From positions 682,001 through 746,000 of the forward strand of contig MU053758.1 in NCBI GenBank assembly GCA_013239625.1: 64,000 nucleotides of DNA. The letters are read 5' to 3'. The notes below the pieces were generated by a model. It was not told the origin of the DNA, did no database searches, and saw nothing but the letters and a program-made list of their open reading frames with translations. The DNA comes from Lama guanicoe (Eukaryota). The position numbers and the translations under genes are program-made. Positions 62,068 through 64,000 of the stretch are shown piece after piece. Position 1 is the stretch's first letter. Each line of letters starts with the position of its first letter.

Positions 62068-62181
62068 GGTTTATCTATCTCTGTTTGTTTGTTTGTTTAT
62101 TTAGTGGAGATACTGGGGATAGAACCCAGGACCTCCTGCATGATAAGCACACACTCTACCACTGAGCTATACCCTACTCCT
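62068..62181 (-). mobile_element. Camelid tRNA-derived SINE (Vic-1-like), 3'-truncated
   Basis: Same tRNA head; perfect 14-bp TSD agatcaaaaattta at 62054-62067 and 62182-62195. Confidence 0.92.
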
Positions 62182-64000
62182 AGATCAAAAATTTAATGCA
62201 AGGTTTAAAACAAGTTCTAAGCAAACTAAAAGTCATTTTGTCCCCATTATGATACTTTTATTTAATTGGTGTGAAAATAGGCAAGACAAGGTTTCTATGA
62301 AGACTTCCATTCTTAGAGTAGGAAAATTAAACACTAAAGTTTTAGAGGGTTGATTTTAGTGAGATATTTAGGAGAGTCACCACAGAAATCCTGATGGTCT
62401 GATACCTTCAGTATATCTGTGAAAAGGAATCAGGAATTATTTTTGTTTGTTTGTTTCTGCCAGAAGCTGTCAATGAGACTTTATAGAATTTGGATCAGCA
62501 ACCAGGCTGGTATTTCTGTAAAAGCAGCAGTATGTAACTTAAAGGAGTAGTTGTGACATTTAATTAAATACCCAGATAAGTAGAATACCCGGATATCTAG
62601 AATGAAATGTGGTCTTCTGCTATGTTCAAGGTGAAGATTTTTTTTGGTTTGGCGGGCATAGTTTGCTAGGCACTGCAAAGTGGGTGGGCATAGTCTGTTA
62701 CTGGAAAGGAAGTCTTACTGTTAGTGGTTTACTCATGAAAGTCCTGAGGATGATGCAGGTCTTTACTCCCTGCTTACCTCCATCGATCCAGACAGAGGAC
62801 TCCTGAGATGTGTCCCTGGGAGTTGTCCCTTCTCCCCTTGATCTCCCCTTCTCTTCTCCACAATCCCAACATTTTCTGCACCCCTCCCTTCCCCATACAG
62901 GCTCCCACCTCCATCCTGGAGGGGTAATGTTTCATCTTTAAGGCTTTAACTCCTTCAAAGTGTTCAGAGTGTAGCATCTATAAGATAAATTAAACATTTT
63001 CTTTTTAATTAGAAAAAATGGTAGGTATCATTGAAAATTTAAGAGATGAAGCTGAAGTAGCATCCAACTCCTAGAATTTCTTTTTTAAAATCAGTGGATG
63101 GAATGTTTTCTAATGTTTACTTAGGTATTTTCTTTTAGAAACATTGTCTTTATGGGGAAAAGAGCCATTTTTTAAAGTTGATTCCCGGGCCAGCTCATTT
63201 TAAAAAACTATTTTATGGATAATTAAGATGACGTATTCTCTAATAAAGCTCTTGAGGGCATTGATGGCTGAGGCTGGACAAGAAAGGACCATGGTTCCCA
63301 TAGATTACGGTTGGAAGCTATGTGTAATTTTTTTCAGTATGTATTTTGGAAATTTATCTCAACTCCCAGATAAAGCAACTGATAGCTGCCAACAACTTAC
63401 ATGTTCACCCAGTAAAGGGCATTTGTTTATCTGGATTTTAAACTTAACTGTGTGTCATGTATTTTTTAAAAAATGATTTTGCAAGTATGTTACCTAGAGG
63501 AGAATACTATATACATAATATTTTGATGGGGAATGATCTTCCAACTTGAGACTCCAGAAACTTTTTTGTTCTGAAGCCTGGGCCACACCCCCTTCCACTG
63601 GCTTCCTCTTTGTTGGTGGGAACACACCCTTTATCCCCTGTTCCCTAACTCCAAGCTCTGGTGGTGATGTTATGACCTGGGGAATGACTCTGGTGGGCAG
63701 GGCTGGGGTTAGAGCTAGGTTGGGGTTCCTAGGATTGGGGAAGAGAATATTTAATGGGCCAGAATGAGAGGGAATGGACCTCACCTAGGAGGGAGGTGAG
63801 AGCTGGTGGAGAGACTCAGAGGGAAAGGAGAACAGAATTTCCTCTCCTGTCCCTCTCTTCCTTTCCTGTCTCCTTTTCTCCAACTCCATCTCCTATTGAG
63901 GGTGTGCTTCCAACAGGCTTGTAGGTACTATGGTAAGAGGAGGGGGCTCTGAAATGGAGTGAGGAGTGATGACAGAAGTCAGCAGACGTTTGTTGAAGTG

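Noticed and set aside
1..64000. CRISPR array, operon or other prokaryotic or viral system; HOXB coding exons; processed pseudogenes
   Set aside because: No regularly spaced repeats, homeobox or retrocopy ORF seen; the sequence is typical repeat-rich mammalian intergenic and intronic DNA.

Overview
Mammalian genomic DNA, most likely a camelid (Camelus/Vicugna), judged from four copies of a tRNA-headed Vic-1-type SINE. The only host coding sequence I can support is the first coding exon of SKAP1 (ATG 48569, MQAAAALPEEIRWLLE, donor GT at 48618) inside a CpG island. Everything after it is SKAP1 intron 1, and exon 2 is not in the window. By known mammalian synteny the ~48 kb upstream should be the gene-poor interval 3' of HOXB1; HOXB1 itself is not visible, so this is inference. 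That interval holds ancient repeats (MIR, L2, L3/CR1, MER5/20/33/63, MLT1, L1M) and several repeat-free islands dense in developmental TF motifs. The most notable unexplained signal is a set of consensus retinoic-acid response elements (DR2, composite DR8, DR1 array, DR5, all on the minus strand), together with PBX-HOX/MEIS/GATA/FOX/T-box/NKX clusters and a two-module CTCF site. This resembles a long-range enhancer set serving HOXB. Intron 1 carries a young 5'-truncated L1 with an uninterrupted ORF2 frame and a perfect TSD, and a tail-less SINE insertion. I found no rRNA, genuine tRNA or CRISPR array, and no convincing new coding system. Repeat family names were recognised by eye and their boundaries are approximate unless a TSD is quoted.
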